64,000 bases of DNA from Laetmonice hystrix (taxonomy: Eukaryota), in NCBI GenBank assembly GCA_965235115.1, contig OZ249436.1:12650001-12714000 (forward strand), given 5' to 3'. The notes below the pieces were generated by a model. That model saw nothing but the letters and a program-made list of their open reading frames with translations, did no database searches and was not told the DNA's origin. The position numbers and the translations under genes are program-made. Shown one piece after another: positions 1-13,001 of this stretch (positions are counted from its first letter, which is position 1; every line of letters starts with the position of its first letter).

Positions 1-1864
1 TGCTCACCATGAGCACGCCTGATGGAAAAAAGCAACCCCAAAAAACACGACAACGGTGAGAACGAGCTCATGCTCACCCTTGCTCAGCTCAGCTCACCCT
101 TGCTCACGGTGGAAAAGTAAACAAAAAAACCGGGCCCTGGTCCTGCAGCAGGGCGAGGGTTCAGCACTGGCTGAAACCCAATAGCATGCGGCTGCTGACT
201 GTGCAGAGGGTACTGAATAAATGCAGCGTGGCCCTGCCCCCTACTGATTACCATCTGACAGATGCTACAGTACGTGCTGCAAGTAACAAAGGCCTGAAAG
301 GGATAGGCTACCGAGAATTTGGGCCAGAACCTATATCCACTACAACTGGTGAGTCTTGTTTCTCTTTCATGCATTGGTATCATGATCAGCTGTTGCTTCA
401 CATCTCGATTGTGGTACTCTATAGTATAGGCCTAGGCTAGAGTAGAGAGCTGGCTTTGTGACGCCTAACGTTTGGCCTAGTGAGTTAGGCTAACGATGCC
501 GAGATTAATGTATGGCGCAAATTTACGGCCTGAATGTTCATTGTCTACTGAGCAAGCACTGCAGTGCAGTCTCCATCATCACCCAAGCAAAAGCGTATAA
601 CCTATTGGCATTGCCCTAGCCTAGGCCTATAGCTGGGTATTACTGTGCTGGTAATGGTATATAGCCACGCCTTCTTTTTCTCCAGTCTCACGAACGTGGT
701 CATTCAAATACATTTGCTACATTATTGTCCTGACTGAGTCTGAGACAACCTGGATCATGGATGGGCAGACCATCGACCTGTAGTTTAGATAGCATAGCCT
801 ATCGGGCATAGCGTAGAGTACTAGGATTTTAGTACTGGTAGTATACTATGACTAGCACTTTATTCAAGACATATATTTCATAACTGAGCAAATTAAACTT
901 TAAAGGGCCTACCTAATGGAGATATATTCTAGCCTAGGACTAGGTCTAACCGTTAGGCCTACACTAGACATAAATTTTAATTGCAAGTGCTATAAATATA
1001 GTAACCCTCCTAGTTCTAACCTAGCCGAGGTCCGAGTCTGAAATGCAGCTAAGCACCTATAGCTATATAGGCCCCTATGGACATGATGGACTTAGCACGC
1101 GTGTCCATCTGATAGTGATACGTACGGTTTCTGGTCCGTGGCATCGGCCAGCTTCACGGCTGACGTCCCGAGACAACGCCGCTGAGCGCCGAGCGCGGTT
1201 CCACGCACCTGCTGACTCGTCGCACACCATATTAATTTGCCCCTGGAAGACGTACCCGCAAACATTCGCCAGAACACCATATTGGCAGTCTAGGCTAGAG
1301 TCTTAAGGGACGAGGCTCACGGTAACGACAGTCACACAAGTGACAAGAGATTGATATGCCCCGACTACGCAACTCAAACTGACATGTCAATATCATACAT
1401 AGGGCACTGCGAACTGGGTCAACGTGCCCTAGTTCCCCAGAAAGTTGACCTTTAGCTTTGACCCCTGCGCGGGCAGGCCACGCCCCACGCTGACCCCAGC
1501 TCACGTTCACAGAGGGCTTGCCCCCCACCTTTAGTAAACGCCTGGCTGTAGGCCTACACGTACACAATGCAGTATAAACATGTAACGGGATGAGGGACTT
1601 TTAGTTTTTACGACGGCAAGTATAGAACGAGATGCCTGGTGCATTAAATACGGCACCGAAACCGAAGGTGTCGTGGCGGATAACAAGGATTTTGAGAAAA
1701 AGAAAGCCTAGGCCAGCCGGGGCGCTCGGGAGGGGGGGGGGTAAGGCTGTCTATGCATACAATATATATGTTATAGGCCTAGACCATACTGTAGATATAG
1801 GCCTAGTATTTGCGGGGGGGGGCAGTGTGGGTGTGTATGGGGGGGGGGGGCAGGACTTACGTGG

Positions 1865-2050
1865 CAGGGGCGGATCTAGGGTCTATATTCAGGGGGGTCC
1901 GAGGGGGATCCAGCATAAAAAGGGCAAATCGAGGGGGGGGTCCGTTGTAAAACCAAAAGGCATTTTGGTTATAAAAAATTAAATTTGGCAAATTTGAGGG
2001 GGGGGGGGGGGTCCGGACGTCGCCGAACCCCCCCCCCCCCCCCCCCCGGG
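1865..2050. mobile_element. hAT-like poly-G/C MITE, truncated; same family as 13423-13626 in opposite orientation
   Basis: Starts CAGGGGCGGATCTA; internal ccagcataaaaagggcaaatc...ccgttgtaaaa..ggttataaaaaattaaatttggcaaatttgag is the reverse complement of ~13467-13567. Confidence 0.75.
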
Positions 2051-2549
2051 TGGATAAATAGATAGGCTACCTGACATGGGCAAGGGTCACTCAGTAGATC
2101 TATATGGGAGGCAAAACCCTGCTTTTGAAAAAAATGGGGGGGGGGCCCTGTGCCCCCCCCCCTAAATCCGCCAAGTGCTGTAGGCCTAGGCCTATATTTG
2201 AAGCTAGATTGACGAGGGCGGAGGGGGCACCCGCTTAACCCTCGGCCCCTTGGATCCGCGCTGTAGGCCTACGGTAGGCTCCATGTCGAGATTCCGTTCG
2301 CGAGGTTGACCTGAATGAGGGACGCCAGCTCAATGCATGGATTTGTGCATGTGTTCTGTAGATTTAGCCTCCTTACATTCGCCACGTGCTCGTTTATCAA
2401 AAGCCTCTACGCTAACGCGGGCGTGGACGCTACCACCTTGAACTTGAGGTTGAGGGGTGTTGGCCCAGTGGTTTACCGCGAGAACTATGGTGGCCCATCA
2501 GGACATTAGAGTTCATGAAATGTATACCACGGCCAAAACCCCCTGCCTG

Positions 2550-2733
2550 CAGTGGCGGCACCAGACCTAAAAATTCAGGGGGGGGGCAAAGTGGGGGCAA
2601 ACATAGCAGAAAATCAGGGGGCAAAGAGATATGTCATACACTTTGATCTTTATAATGACAGATTTAAACTCGGGGAAAATTGGGGGGGGGGGCATTTGTC
2701 CCCCCCCCCTTACCCTCTGTAGCGCCGCCACTG
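2550..2733. mobile_element. hAT-type MITE with 8-bp TSD
   Basis: TIR CAGTGGCGGC...GCCGCCACTG; flanking direct repeat CCTGCCTG at 2542-2549 and 2734-2741. Confidence 0.85.
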
Positions 2734-3054
2734 CCTGCCTGCCTTGACAGGCCGGGGCAGATCTGCCGATATGAAGAAATATCCGAGCAACCACACAATA
2801 TAGGTACAAGATTCTAGAATATTGGTGTAATCTGGTGGTATACAACGGGCCCAAAAGGGCCTCCTCAGTCGACCAGCAGCAAGATAACTCTGGGCCATGC
2901 AGCATTGAAATAGACCATCAAAAGGGGGTCCAAATGGCCACAATCACAAAAAAATCATGCCGAGCGTAGCGAGGCTAAAAAAAAATTCAGGTGCCCCCCC
3001 CCCCTTATCAAAATCCTGGATCCCCCACTGGTATAAGTCTAAGGCGTATATAAG

Positions 3055-3620
3055 TAGGTCCATATTATGGTTTTTAGTTGGATTCCCCTGAAGTTGTCAT
3101 CGCCTGATATGAATAGGGCTGTTTGTAGGGCCGCTTCGGTTTTCCTTAGGATTTCTTTGATGTGGTCGCCTATGTTGTTTTTAGAGTTGAGGGTTTCTCC
3201 TAGGTATTTGTAGGTTTCCGTGTGGTCAATTGTCATCTCTCCGAGTTTCAGTTCAATGTCGGGTTGGTGTTTCCCAATTGTTAGGAGTTTCGATTTTTCG
3301 TTCCCCAATTCTATCCTGTATTTGCTAGCAGTTTGGTTGGTTAGTGTTGTTTGCTGGTCAATCATGTTGTTCGTTATCATAGCCACGTCATCAGGAGGCA
3401 GTCGGAGTCTGTGTCTATGTTGTTCGTGTGGTCTGTTTTTGCGTGTTGGATATCTTTGTTTATTTCGTCCATTAGGGTTGCATATTGGGTTACTCCTAGG
3501 ACTCCTCCTTGTCTGATGCTGTTGTTGATGAGGATGGTTCTAGTGAGGCCATGTTTGGTTTGGATTCTTGTTGTTAGGTTTTGGTTGAGTTTGTCGGTTA
3601 GGTTCCAGCTAGGTTGTTCC
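3055..3620 (-). mobile_element. Degenerate non-LTR retrotransposon (LINE) reverse transcriptase fragment
   Basis: Two ORF pieces give IQTKHGLT..I.INNSIRQGGVL...YA.LMD, then CLL/DDVAMI (catalytic motif broken by a frameshift near 3390), KSK and YKYLG: RT domains and thumb. Confidence 0.85.
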
Positions 3621-3782
3621 TTCACATCCGTTCTTGGCCATCGTGTACATAATGCCCTCGAGCCATGCTTTGTCAAACCATTAAAACTCAGCTCGGAACA
3701 CGAGTCGGTTCGTGTGACATGGGTTCATTAACATATTTATGAGCATCACTAGTGTTCCTGGAGTTACGCACGCGAACTCGGC

Positions 3783-3966
3783 CCTGGGCCCGGTTTTTAG
3801 TTCGCCATTTTACCAATCTTAAGACTGGAATTTTAAGACTGACTTGCGTTATGGTCTCTCATTGGTTGACTTCACTTGAAGGACCAATCAGAAGCTCTGA
3901 AACAAAAGTTCAGTCTTAAGATTTGAATCTTAAGACTCGGTTTGCGAACTAAAAACCGGGGCCAGG
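3783..3966. mobile_element. MITE with ~23-bp TIR (PIF/Harbinger-like)
   Basis: CCTGGGCCCGGTTTTTAGTTCGC ... GCGAACTAAAAACCGGGGCCAGG; internal TCTTAAGA repeats. A related end (AAAAACCGGGCCCTGG) lies near 125-140. Confidence 0.8.
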
Positions 3967-4750
3967 AGTCTCACGCTGGCCGACATTCTCACACTCGAGT
4001 CCTTTCGGCAATCTTCGGCCATCTTCGTTCGTGCTGGGAAAGCACTCTTACAGATTACATATCACTCACGGACCGATTAGGAGCATCCGCGCCACCTCAC
4101 TCGTCACACTCGTTAGATTACTAGGATACAAAGTAGTGCGTGCCCGTAGGCAAGATGGCTGATGTTATTGAACAGGTCTTGGATTAAACTTACGCTGGTT
4201 GACTGTCTTGAGCTTAACCGCCGCCGGTTTGACTGGTGTCACGTGGGAAGCCATGTCTTCCATGTGCTACGGTGAAAGTAGTTCGCCCCGGTGCCCTCCT
4301 TGCCCAGAGTCCCGTGCAGGATCTGTGAGCGTTCATTTCAGCAAATGGACGCGAATGTGAGCGTTGCTGGCCGACAGAGCGCTAATTACGTCACAGTCGG
4401 GTTGTGCAAACAGGTCGACTTTGCCGCGACCCGCGCGCAAGTCGCGAGGCAAAAGAGTCCCAAGTTGCCAATCAAAAGTCTACGTGAGTCCTTCGCCGGC
4501 CAGTTCCTTGTAAAATACGTTCAAATAATGTCACCACATCTAGAGTCCGCCAATTCTGTATGCTACTTATAGTTCGACCGATAAGCTAAAGTATTTTAAA
4601 AATAGAGTTATGGGCCCTGAGTTACCGTTCGGTCCGACCGCCGTTTTCTGAAGCCGGCGCTAGGAGTTAGCAACTATATTATAGATCACAGATTTTGTCC
4701 AATATGGCAGCAGAATCGAAGTGGAAGCCAGGAGGACAGCGGAGACATAA

Positions 4751-6900
4751 GCAGGGTGTCCACTAAGCCGATTTTCACGTCGTATGGGCATCGATTTTCC
4801 ACGACAATCGTGTGCCATGGCTCCTATACGATGTCGGGGAGCATCGAAATCCCATGTCCACTAAGCCGATTCTTACGTCGTATGGGCATCGGCGATGCAT
4901 CGCCGACAATGCCACGATTCGTGTGAAAAATCGTCTTAGTGCATGGACACGGCCACACGATTTTCCACACGACAATTATATGGCTCTTTCGACGTCGGCA
5001 GGGCATCGCCGACCAGATTGGATAAATCCAATCATCGTGTGAGAAGTCACAGGGGATAGATCTACAGCGGTGTGACACTAGCTTAGGCGGGAGTTGTTTT
5101 TCATATATTTGACAGCATTGTTTTCGGGAAAATCACAGATTTTCTTTTTTTTTTTTTTACAGATTCTGGAACTACATTCGTTGCGCACTGTTACCCAAGT
5201 TGTGCTCTGCACCACAACAACACAACGTTCAAACGATTGGCGACATGCCAAAACGATGGCTTTCATTGTGTTTGCGTGCACTCGGACTAGTTTTTGCAAT
5301 TTTTTTTCCACCATTAGGGGTTATTTCACAGCTTTCTATACTCAATATTTGAAAAACAATCAGTGCCATAATGTACGTCAGTTATCAGGAGCCTAGCACA
5401 AATATGAAGATTCTGGTCTATCCAGCGGGTGAGACCATCCATCTAAGGGCCCTAACTCTATTTTTAGAGAATATTTATTGCCTCACTGTCTTGTTCTTAT
5501 CTCTCTGTTCTTATCTCAAGGCGCTTTGATTTATCATTGGACCTTTCTGGGAATCAAATGAAATTAAAGTATCTAATGGGCCCTTATGGACCCATATACA
5601 TTTATTATTATTAATACTTTTATTGGTGTGAAGGGGTCTATTGCACACCCGCCATCTTGAACATTATCATTGCATGTTTCAGGTAACAAGAAAGAAATAT
5701 CAGTCGGCATATTACGTTTGTTCTGGCATATTCATAAACTGCCCCCTCATTCATTCTTGTCAGTTAACGACAGTTGCACCTGCTGTAGCAAGGAAGACCA
5801 TGATCTTCGCTCTACAGTGGTGTTACTTTGACTTGTATAGACCCATATATTTCGAAAGTAAACATTTCACCTGCGGATAATGCGCGGTATAACTATTATA
5901 ATTTAGTTCCCGACTTGGTCACGACATCTATGATGAAACATCGTAATAACATCGCCTTGGTGGATAGCAGCAGCGTGTCTGTGGATACGCAAAATTAAAT
6001 TTAGCAACGTTGGGATATGAACGCTGAACAACCGACGTGGACCATCGTGTGCGTTGACGTTCAACGAGCGTCGGTTTTGCATCGTTTAAATGTGGATAGG
6101 GCCCTTATTTTAACAATAATGACTTTCACAGGTATGTAGGCCTATAGAAACAGATCTAATGGAAATATTGTATGCCGTGTGAAACAGGACCAACATCAGG
6201 GGGCCACAGTGACACCATCTAATGGTAAATATAGAATTCATTTCAACACAAGCACAAACAAATCAATGGATTTACATATTGGTCATAGAAAAGTGGTCTT
6301 TCAAGGAAATGTTACCTCTATTAATTTCTTCTCCTATTTCTTCTTATTTATTTCATCATCATATATGCTTACATATTATGCTTAAATGCACTAAATACTT
6401 ACAAGTAGAAACTGTTTATACAACTTGACCATGGTGTACCATTCGCCCTCACTCTCCCACCCTCTCCTCCACGGCCTGGCCCACCATCTCCGTTTTTTCC
6501 GGTGGCTCATCATCAGAATCGCCCGCCAAAAAAACTGCGGCAACCACAAGCTAGGGTACCCAGTTGCAGTGGGAAAGCATCAGCATCCATGCCTGTGCAC
6601 GCGTGCGTCTGTACAAATGCTGTCGCCTCTAATGGACGTATAAAAAAAATCAACTGATGGCACCCTCTATATTAAATATCAGGAACTACTTTGCCACTTT
6701 CAGAATCGGTTGAGTGGACACATTCAGACGACATCCAACCGACGTCGTAGTGCAGGAAAAATCATGTGAAACTATATCGTGGTAGTGGACATGATGAAAT
6801 CGTATGGGACCATCGGTCGGCTGGACTGCCAATGCCCATACGATTACCATCGTGCAGGTTTCGTCGCCGACAAAAAAAATCGGCTTAGTGGACACCCGGC
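4751..6900 (-). mobile_element. Non-autonomous Harbinger deletion derivative with a transposase N-terminal remnant
   Basis: 25-bp TIR GCMGGGTGTCCACTAAGCCGATTTT at both ends, flanked by TAA and TAT; subterminal repeats; minus strand ~6550-6420 reads, with a frameshift, LVVAAVFLAGDSDDEPP/KKRRWWARPWRR...GEWYTMVKL, resembling animal Harbinger transposase N-termini. Confidence 0.75.
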
Positions 6901-7302
6901 TATATTCTTCCATTCCATTTTCAATACTTTCGCTTATCGCGCGAACCTGAAATTTTAACATGGTGTCACTATAGTACGGTATAGGGTTCAAAGGTAAGTA
7001 TTTAAAGAATTTGGGGCGCCATTACCGGTCTCACTATACCGCAATGGAAAGTCGTCCAGGTCGTTCTTTGTTGACTACAAAGTCAAAAGGTAGATCTAAA
7101 CGTGGAAATTAATTGACGATCGGCAATGTCCACCGGTCCACGATCGCACCCAAGTTCATGGACTCTGGTGGAGTCAAAGTTTACACAGTCGATCACCGAT
7201 TTCGATCGTTGTATGATATTTGTAGGCTACCCCCTCCCCCTCCCCCACCTGCACCCCCATACACGGAGTAGTATAGCCTCTATAACTTTGTAGGCCCTCT
7301 CG

Positions 7303-7459
7303 TACGGAGCCCTCGAAGGGACATGGAAATTATCGCGAGGGAACGTGATATTATCGCGAGCGAACGCGATATGCTCGCGATAGTTATCGCGTTCCCTCGC
7401 GATAATACCGCGTTTCCTCGCGATAATATTTTTTTCCATGTCCCTTCGAGGGCTCCGCA
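7303..7459. mobile_element. Foldback palindromic MITE
   Basis: TACGGAGCCCTCGAAGGGACATGGAAA ... TTTCCATGTCCCTTCGAGGGCTCCGCA with internal TATCGCGA repeats; nearly the whole element is self-complementary. Confidence 0.85.
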
Positions 7460-7515
7460 CTCTCGTCCGTCACGCGAATCATCACTCACCATGCATAGGC
7501 CTATACGCCTATAGC

Positions 7516-7683
7516 CAGGCGCATGTCGGGGGGGGGGGGGGTCCAGGGGGTCCGGACCCCCCTGCTCCCACATAGCATAGATTTTTATCTAAGCATTCCC
7601 GCCATTTTGAAATTTTAAATTTCCTGAGACCCCCCCCCTCCCCCCCCCCCCCCCCCGCGCTGGAAATCCTTGACACGCGCCTG
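7516..7683. mobile_element. hAT-like MITE with 5-bp TSD
   Basis: CAGGCGCATGTC...GACACGCGCCTG; ATAGC on both flanks (7511-7515, 7684-7688). Confidence 0.8.
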
Positions 7684-8064
7684 ATAGCCTATATACCTGC
7701 ATGCAGGCGCTACTATATAGGCCTTTAAAATATATGACCTCGGCATGGCACTGTAAAACGAGTTCATTGGTAGGTTTATCTAAGAGGAGATATAGGGTTG
7801 ATAACAAATTCCCATGCTTATAAGATCCAGACCCCCTATACTGAGATCTATATCTGTTCCAAGTGAAAGCTGCATTGGGCGCTCGACCCCCTCTTCCTCC
7901 GACATTTGATATAGGCTTCTCATAAATTTCAAGTAATAAACGTTATGGGCCTTTTTACGAACTTTGGGGAACCTATAAAAAAGTCTTCTTCAACATGTAT
8001 TACACATGGTTCAGGAATGATCACTTCAAGCTACAAGTTATACCACAACCATGCACCCCAGACC

Positions 8065-8314
8065 CCGGTTTCAGAAATTAGGCTCTAAGCAGCAAGATAC
8101 CTATGACCCATGAGGACACAGCCACTTTAACTTTCTACTTTGATTTTCATGGGTATTTTCACGGCAGTGGAAATATCACCGCAGTGAAATTATTATCACT
8201 GTGAAAATATCGATGAAAATCATCCTAGAAAGTTAAAAACTTTCTAGTCTGTCTAAGCTCTGCTTAGCTTAATATACTGGCTGCTTATTATGTCTAGACC
8301 CTTTCTGAAACCTG
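8065..8314. mobile_element. MITE with imperfect long inverted repeats
   Basis: GGTTTCAGAAA...TAAGCAGC and GCTGCTTA...TTTCTGAAACC; internal TTTAACTTTCTA versus TAGAAAGTTAAA. Confidence 0.6.
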
Positions 8315-9669
8315 CGATGTGTGCACTCTGAAGTGCCCCGAAGTGGCGCAGCCTTTTTAGGGGGGCAGTCCCCCATTGGCCTGACATGTCTTGGGTAGAT
8401 CATGTATGCAGCACTATATACATGTAAGCTGGTACCCGACTCACTCGCTAGGTGGCTCTGGGGTCGACGCGAGTAGGCGCCGGTGTACTAGGCCTATAGA
8501 ATATTATATTTTGCGACTCTTCACTCCTTCCACACTATGCAGTGCTCGATTTTCAAGGAAGTCGCCGTCTCCGTTTTCAGCAGAACTTTTCTCACGGAAG
8601 CGTTGGGAATCCCGGAAATAGTCATTACCAATCTCAGACCCCCCACGACATTCGGGATTCCCTCGGCCATATCTTCGAAAGTAGCCTCGGGTGAAACAGG
8701 CGCCATTTTGAGCATTGCATCGCGGGTACATTTAGACGGGACTCTCGACAGCATGGCAGTGCTTGCAGTATTTTGTCTGCATCAGGCATGGAAGCAACTA
8801 AAATAGGCCTACAATGCTTTCCCCGAAGTCAGTGGGCAATATTACGATAGTATCGTCTTCATGATACAACTTAAATTACAAGTAGTCCTACCACGTGTCG
8901 TGCATGTGTCGTTCATGGGCGCGGCCATATTGCTTCCCATAATTTGATAAATTACCGTATTGACGCCCATTTAGGTAAATTAGGTGATTCATTTTTCTTC
9001 TTCAAATGTTCCCCTTCATACCAGAAATTTATATTTGCACATACAACGCCGAAGGAGCAGGTGTCAATAATGCACTACTTCGTGGCTCGATGGGATATGA
9101 CGGTTCACTCAGTGCCTCGCTACACACCTCCATTTGGCCATGTATCCGGTTGCCAAACATGGCCGCTATTCCACCCGAGGGTATATTCGAATAGCAGGAA
9201 GTGACGTCATATGCCCGAGGGAGTCCCGAATGCCCCCACGAATGTACGGATGGCAGGCGTATTTCCCCCTTAGAAATCTAGAAAAATGCTATCTGAACAT
9301 GCTAAAGCCAGATTTCCACCAGATTGCCCCAATGCACAGTGCACAGTGCTATTTTAGTTGGCAAAGGAGCAATATATAAATGTAATATCTTGGTGATAAA
9401 GTGTTTTTTCACCTCCTGTCAAGTTGTTGCACCCCCCCCCTTGAAAAAAATCCTGGATCCGGCCCTGGATGTCGACCAAATACGTGGGGGGGGGGGGGCA
9501 GTAGGCCTGCCACGTGATAGCGCGTCATTGCGCCGGTCGAGCTGGCCCGGGGTGTGGGTTATACAAAACACACAAAAAATGGAAATCCCAGGGAGGCAGC
9601 TGCCCCTCTGCCCCCCCCCCCCCCCCGCAGGCTACGGCCCTGTCTATATATAGGAAGGCCCTATAGGCC

Positions 9670-10310
9670 TAGGGGAAAGTAGTGTAATTTGGACCCTCAG
9701 GTATATGGACCATGCATACCTATAGAGTCTATATAGTTAGAGCATTTCGCCTATAGCAGCACCAAATCGTATACGTCATGGAACACGCGGCCATAATGAC
9801 TACAACGTGGCAAGTTACTGAATAAACACAGTTACACTAAATACCCTAAAGTCTAAAATATGGCAGTTTGATGTAATTTTCCAATGTCATAAACATTTAA
9901 AGAGCTTCCAAAGGCTACCACTGCTGGATCTGGTTTGGCGATATTTCCATGCAATGCGATAAGTTGTGCATACAATGCTGCGATCTATGGGCTTTCGGCC
10001 TCAACGACTTGTTAATTGTTAGGTCACGGTGACCTTTTTTTCGACCAAATTTCATTGGGGTTAGGCCTATATTATTACAATTTTGGACGGTCCATATTAC
10101 ATACATGCTGTGTAATATGGACCATAATAAATTATTGTAAGAAATTTTGTTGCCAAATATCTTCCGATTTTTATTTTTTTTTTAAAGAGTTTCTCTGTTT
10201 GAGAAGGTCACTTGATTCGTGTTTAAATAAAATATACCTGGGTATAACTGATACACTTTCACATTTTTTCATAATTCTCAATTTTCCTTAGGTGGTCCAT
10301 ACTTTCCCTA
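9670..10310. mobile_element. TA-flanked non-autonomous DNA transposon (Tc1/pogo-like)
   Basis: TAGGGGAAAGTA...ATGGACC left, GGTCCATACTTTCCCTA right; repeated ATATGGACC/GGTCCATAT motifs inside. Confidence 0.6.
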
Positions 10311-10764
10311 AATGCTCTCAACTCCATATAGTTATTACATTGATCAGCAGTGTGTCGACGTGTAAAAACATAATTATATAAGGCCCATAGGCCCAGAGCT
10401 CGCACGGTCTTAGTGAAACGTTAACACATTAATACCCATTATGACAATGGTCCCACCTCTCCAGCGGGGGATATTTTTTAGAGAGAGTCTGAGGAGGACA
10501 CAGAGAGACTGCATGGCCATGTATAATATAATGTACATGTATGTTGTATACGCGCCATGCATCTGCCAATCCGACCGGTCTGACGCAGTAATAAATGACT
10601 CGACAATGCACGCACGTATAGACAGAACACTCCTCATTTAAGTGGAAAAATGTTTTATGACTTTAAATTCAAAACGGTAAATGGAATAAATTGTCTAATA
10701 GTCTAACATCCATACAGAAAGTCCTTCTCCCCCCCCCCCCCCCGATAAAAATATCCCTGATACA

Positions 10765-10960
10765 TAATGAGCAGTACGTGCGAAACAGCTGCACCTTTAC
10801 TTCAGCACTGCACATGTGAAATTTACGAATTAAGAGTATTTCCTTGTACATAACTGTTTACACTGCCCTGCAATATCTGCATCATCTGTCAACTCATTTG
10901 TGAGGATGTGTCCCAAACACTTTATTTGTTCCACCTCCAAGAGAACCTCTCCATTGATTC
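10765..10960 (-). mobile_element. Degenerate LINE RT thumb / C-terminal fragment
   Basis: Minus strand reads INGEVLLEVEQIKCLGHILTNELTDDADIAGQCKQL/..QGN./LIRKFHMCSAEVKVQLFRTYCS with frameshifts, a typical post-RT non-LTR motif. Confidence 0.75.
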
Positions 10961-12379
10961 AAAAATACGGTCAGTTTTCACCTTTGAGCATACTTAACAT
11001 TCATGGCTTAAGGTCATGTGCGGCTACTATATATTATATCAAATCTCTCACTATATCTCGCCATGCATGCATGGTATAACCAATGTATCCAACCCAAACC
11101 CATTACATATCAATGTAATGCATTTCAATACAGAACAAGTATTTTTGAAAATGTTAACATATCTATATGTCACCATGCTTATTTTTTTTGTTATAAGCCT
11201 AGGTTTATGGGAAATAATGCCTTTGCAGGTTTACCCAGGTGGCCCCCAGATTAGTGTGAGGTGCATGACTTGTGCACTCAAATTAACAGAAACGTGCATT
11301 TTCTACAGTCCACACAAAAGGGGGCATGGTAACATATGGATATGTTTACCTTTTTAAAATCAGAAACACTTGTTCTTTCTATCAAAATACATAATATTGA
11401 TATGTAATGGGTTTGACTTAGTGTAGCACATGACCTTCTCACAAATCCTGAGTAGGCCTATAGTAAATCACGTATAACAACGTTATAATGCGATGGCAAT
11501 AAACGGTCTTTGAACTTTGAACTTTGCTAAGGCCTGATCTGATGGGACAATAATATTAATACTGGATCGTCAGCATACGTGAGGTGGTTGATAATCACAC
11601 CACTAAAAAAAAGCTATACCTTACATGAATTTAACTTAGGACTCAAATCATCGACATAATGATTATAGAATGAATCGCCAGAATGACTAAAATTAAGACC
11701 GTCGTCTCGCAGATGGACGATGACAAACAGACATTATGCATGAAGCAAAGTTTTTCAGTGGCATGGTTGCATAATTTGTCGCTCAAACAATGCTATGTTC
11801 GATATAGGCTTATGATGCGTGCGCAATAACCCGTCAAACTATTTATTGGCCTATAGAAATTACAGATTCCAGTTTCCACTGGTTATAATGGATACACCTT
11901 CTGCCTGTCCTCAGTCAGAACCCCACCCAGACTGTCACCGGACAGAACAAGATCCATCTGGACAAATGCTGAATATAGGCCTAGAGGTATATCTCACATC
12001 ACGTGTGTCTATACTCAAGGACACCCTACATTATGTGTGTAATACTCAACTCTGTTGTAAACCTATACTATATATAGCTTATCTGATAGGGCAGAGATTC
12101 TCAGACCTAGACTATACTATGAGGTTCAAGGGTTATTGATTAGGCCGTGTACAGTGCTGTGGCACACACGCGGACCGCCGGGGCGTATTGATGACCCCTG
12201 TGCAGGGGTGGTTTCCATAATGATGTATATGCCGAGGCCTATACGAAAGATGTGTAATGTCAAGAGGAATTAGCACACTGCAATTATAGTGCTCCTTATA
12301 TCGGCCCTAATTATTAGGCCTACTCGAATTTTCTGGTCTCGTTTCCGGGCAATACGGAATATGAAAACTGCATAGATGA

Positions 12380-12879
12380 TAGAGTAGCGTGGGGCAAGGC
12401 ACACCCCCGGGGTAAGGCATATCGCGCTTATAATTAGGCCTAGGCCTACTTAAAGAATCTGCCACCTATAGCGTTTTCTAGAAGCTTTGTGCAGTACTGC
12501 AAGACGTCATGCCCGACCAGCTACGCTATAGGCTATAGGCCTACGCCAAACCAGTTTCCCGGCGAGTAAATAGATCAAAATGATTGTTTTTGGCTCTTTT
12601 TGATAAGGTCCTAATTTTACACATCTGAAAAAGGGAGACAATGTTGATCCCTTGAAAAACTACCAGATAAGGTCGCGGTGCAACTTGCTTTTCTTGGGCG
12701 GACATGTCACGTGACTCCGTGTCAGAGTGGGGTAAGACGCCTTCATGAGTATGGGGCAAGACGCCCCTTGCTAAAACATGATTAAACACTCAAAGTTGAG
12801 GTGGGGCAAGACGCCCGCATCATGAGACAAGACGCTGTGCCTCGGCAGTGATAAAGGCGTCTTGCCCCCGCAAACCCTA
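12380..12879. mobile_element. TA-flanked pogo-like MITE with repeated GGGGCAAGACGCC motifs
   Basis: Left TAGAGTAGCGTGGGGCAAGG, right GGCGTCTTGCCCCCGCAAACCCTA; at least five internal GGGG(C/T)AAG(A/G)C copies. Confidence 0.65.
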
Positions 12880-12890
12880 TGGGACAAGGC

Positions 12891-12930
<40 letters not shown>

Positions 12931-13001
12931 AAAGTGTATTTTTAAACTTTCTTTCAAATACTGAAGTTAATTAAATTTACCCTCACTGTTATAAAAAAAA
13001 T

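Noticed and set aside
1730..2165. Functional G-quadruplex cluster
   Set aside because: The poly-G/C runs are internal parts of MITE families repeated across the window, and homopolymer lengths are unreliable.
8391..9380. Cluster of overlapping short ORFs in CpG-rich sequence
   Set aside because: No recognisable domain or splice structure; probably a decayed transposon interior whose ends I could not define.
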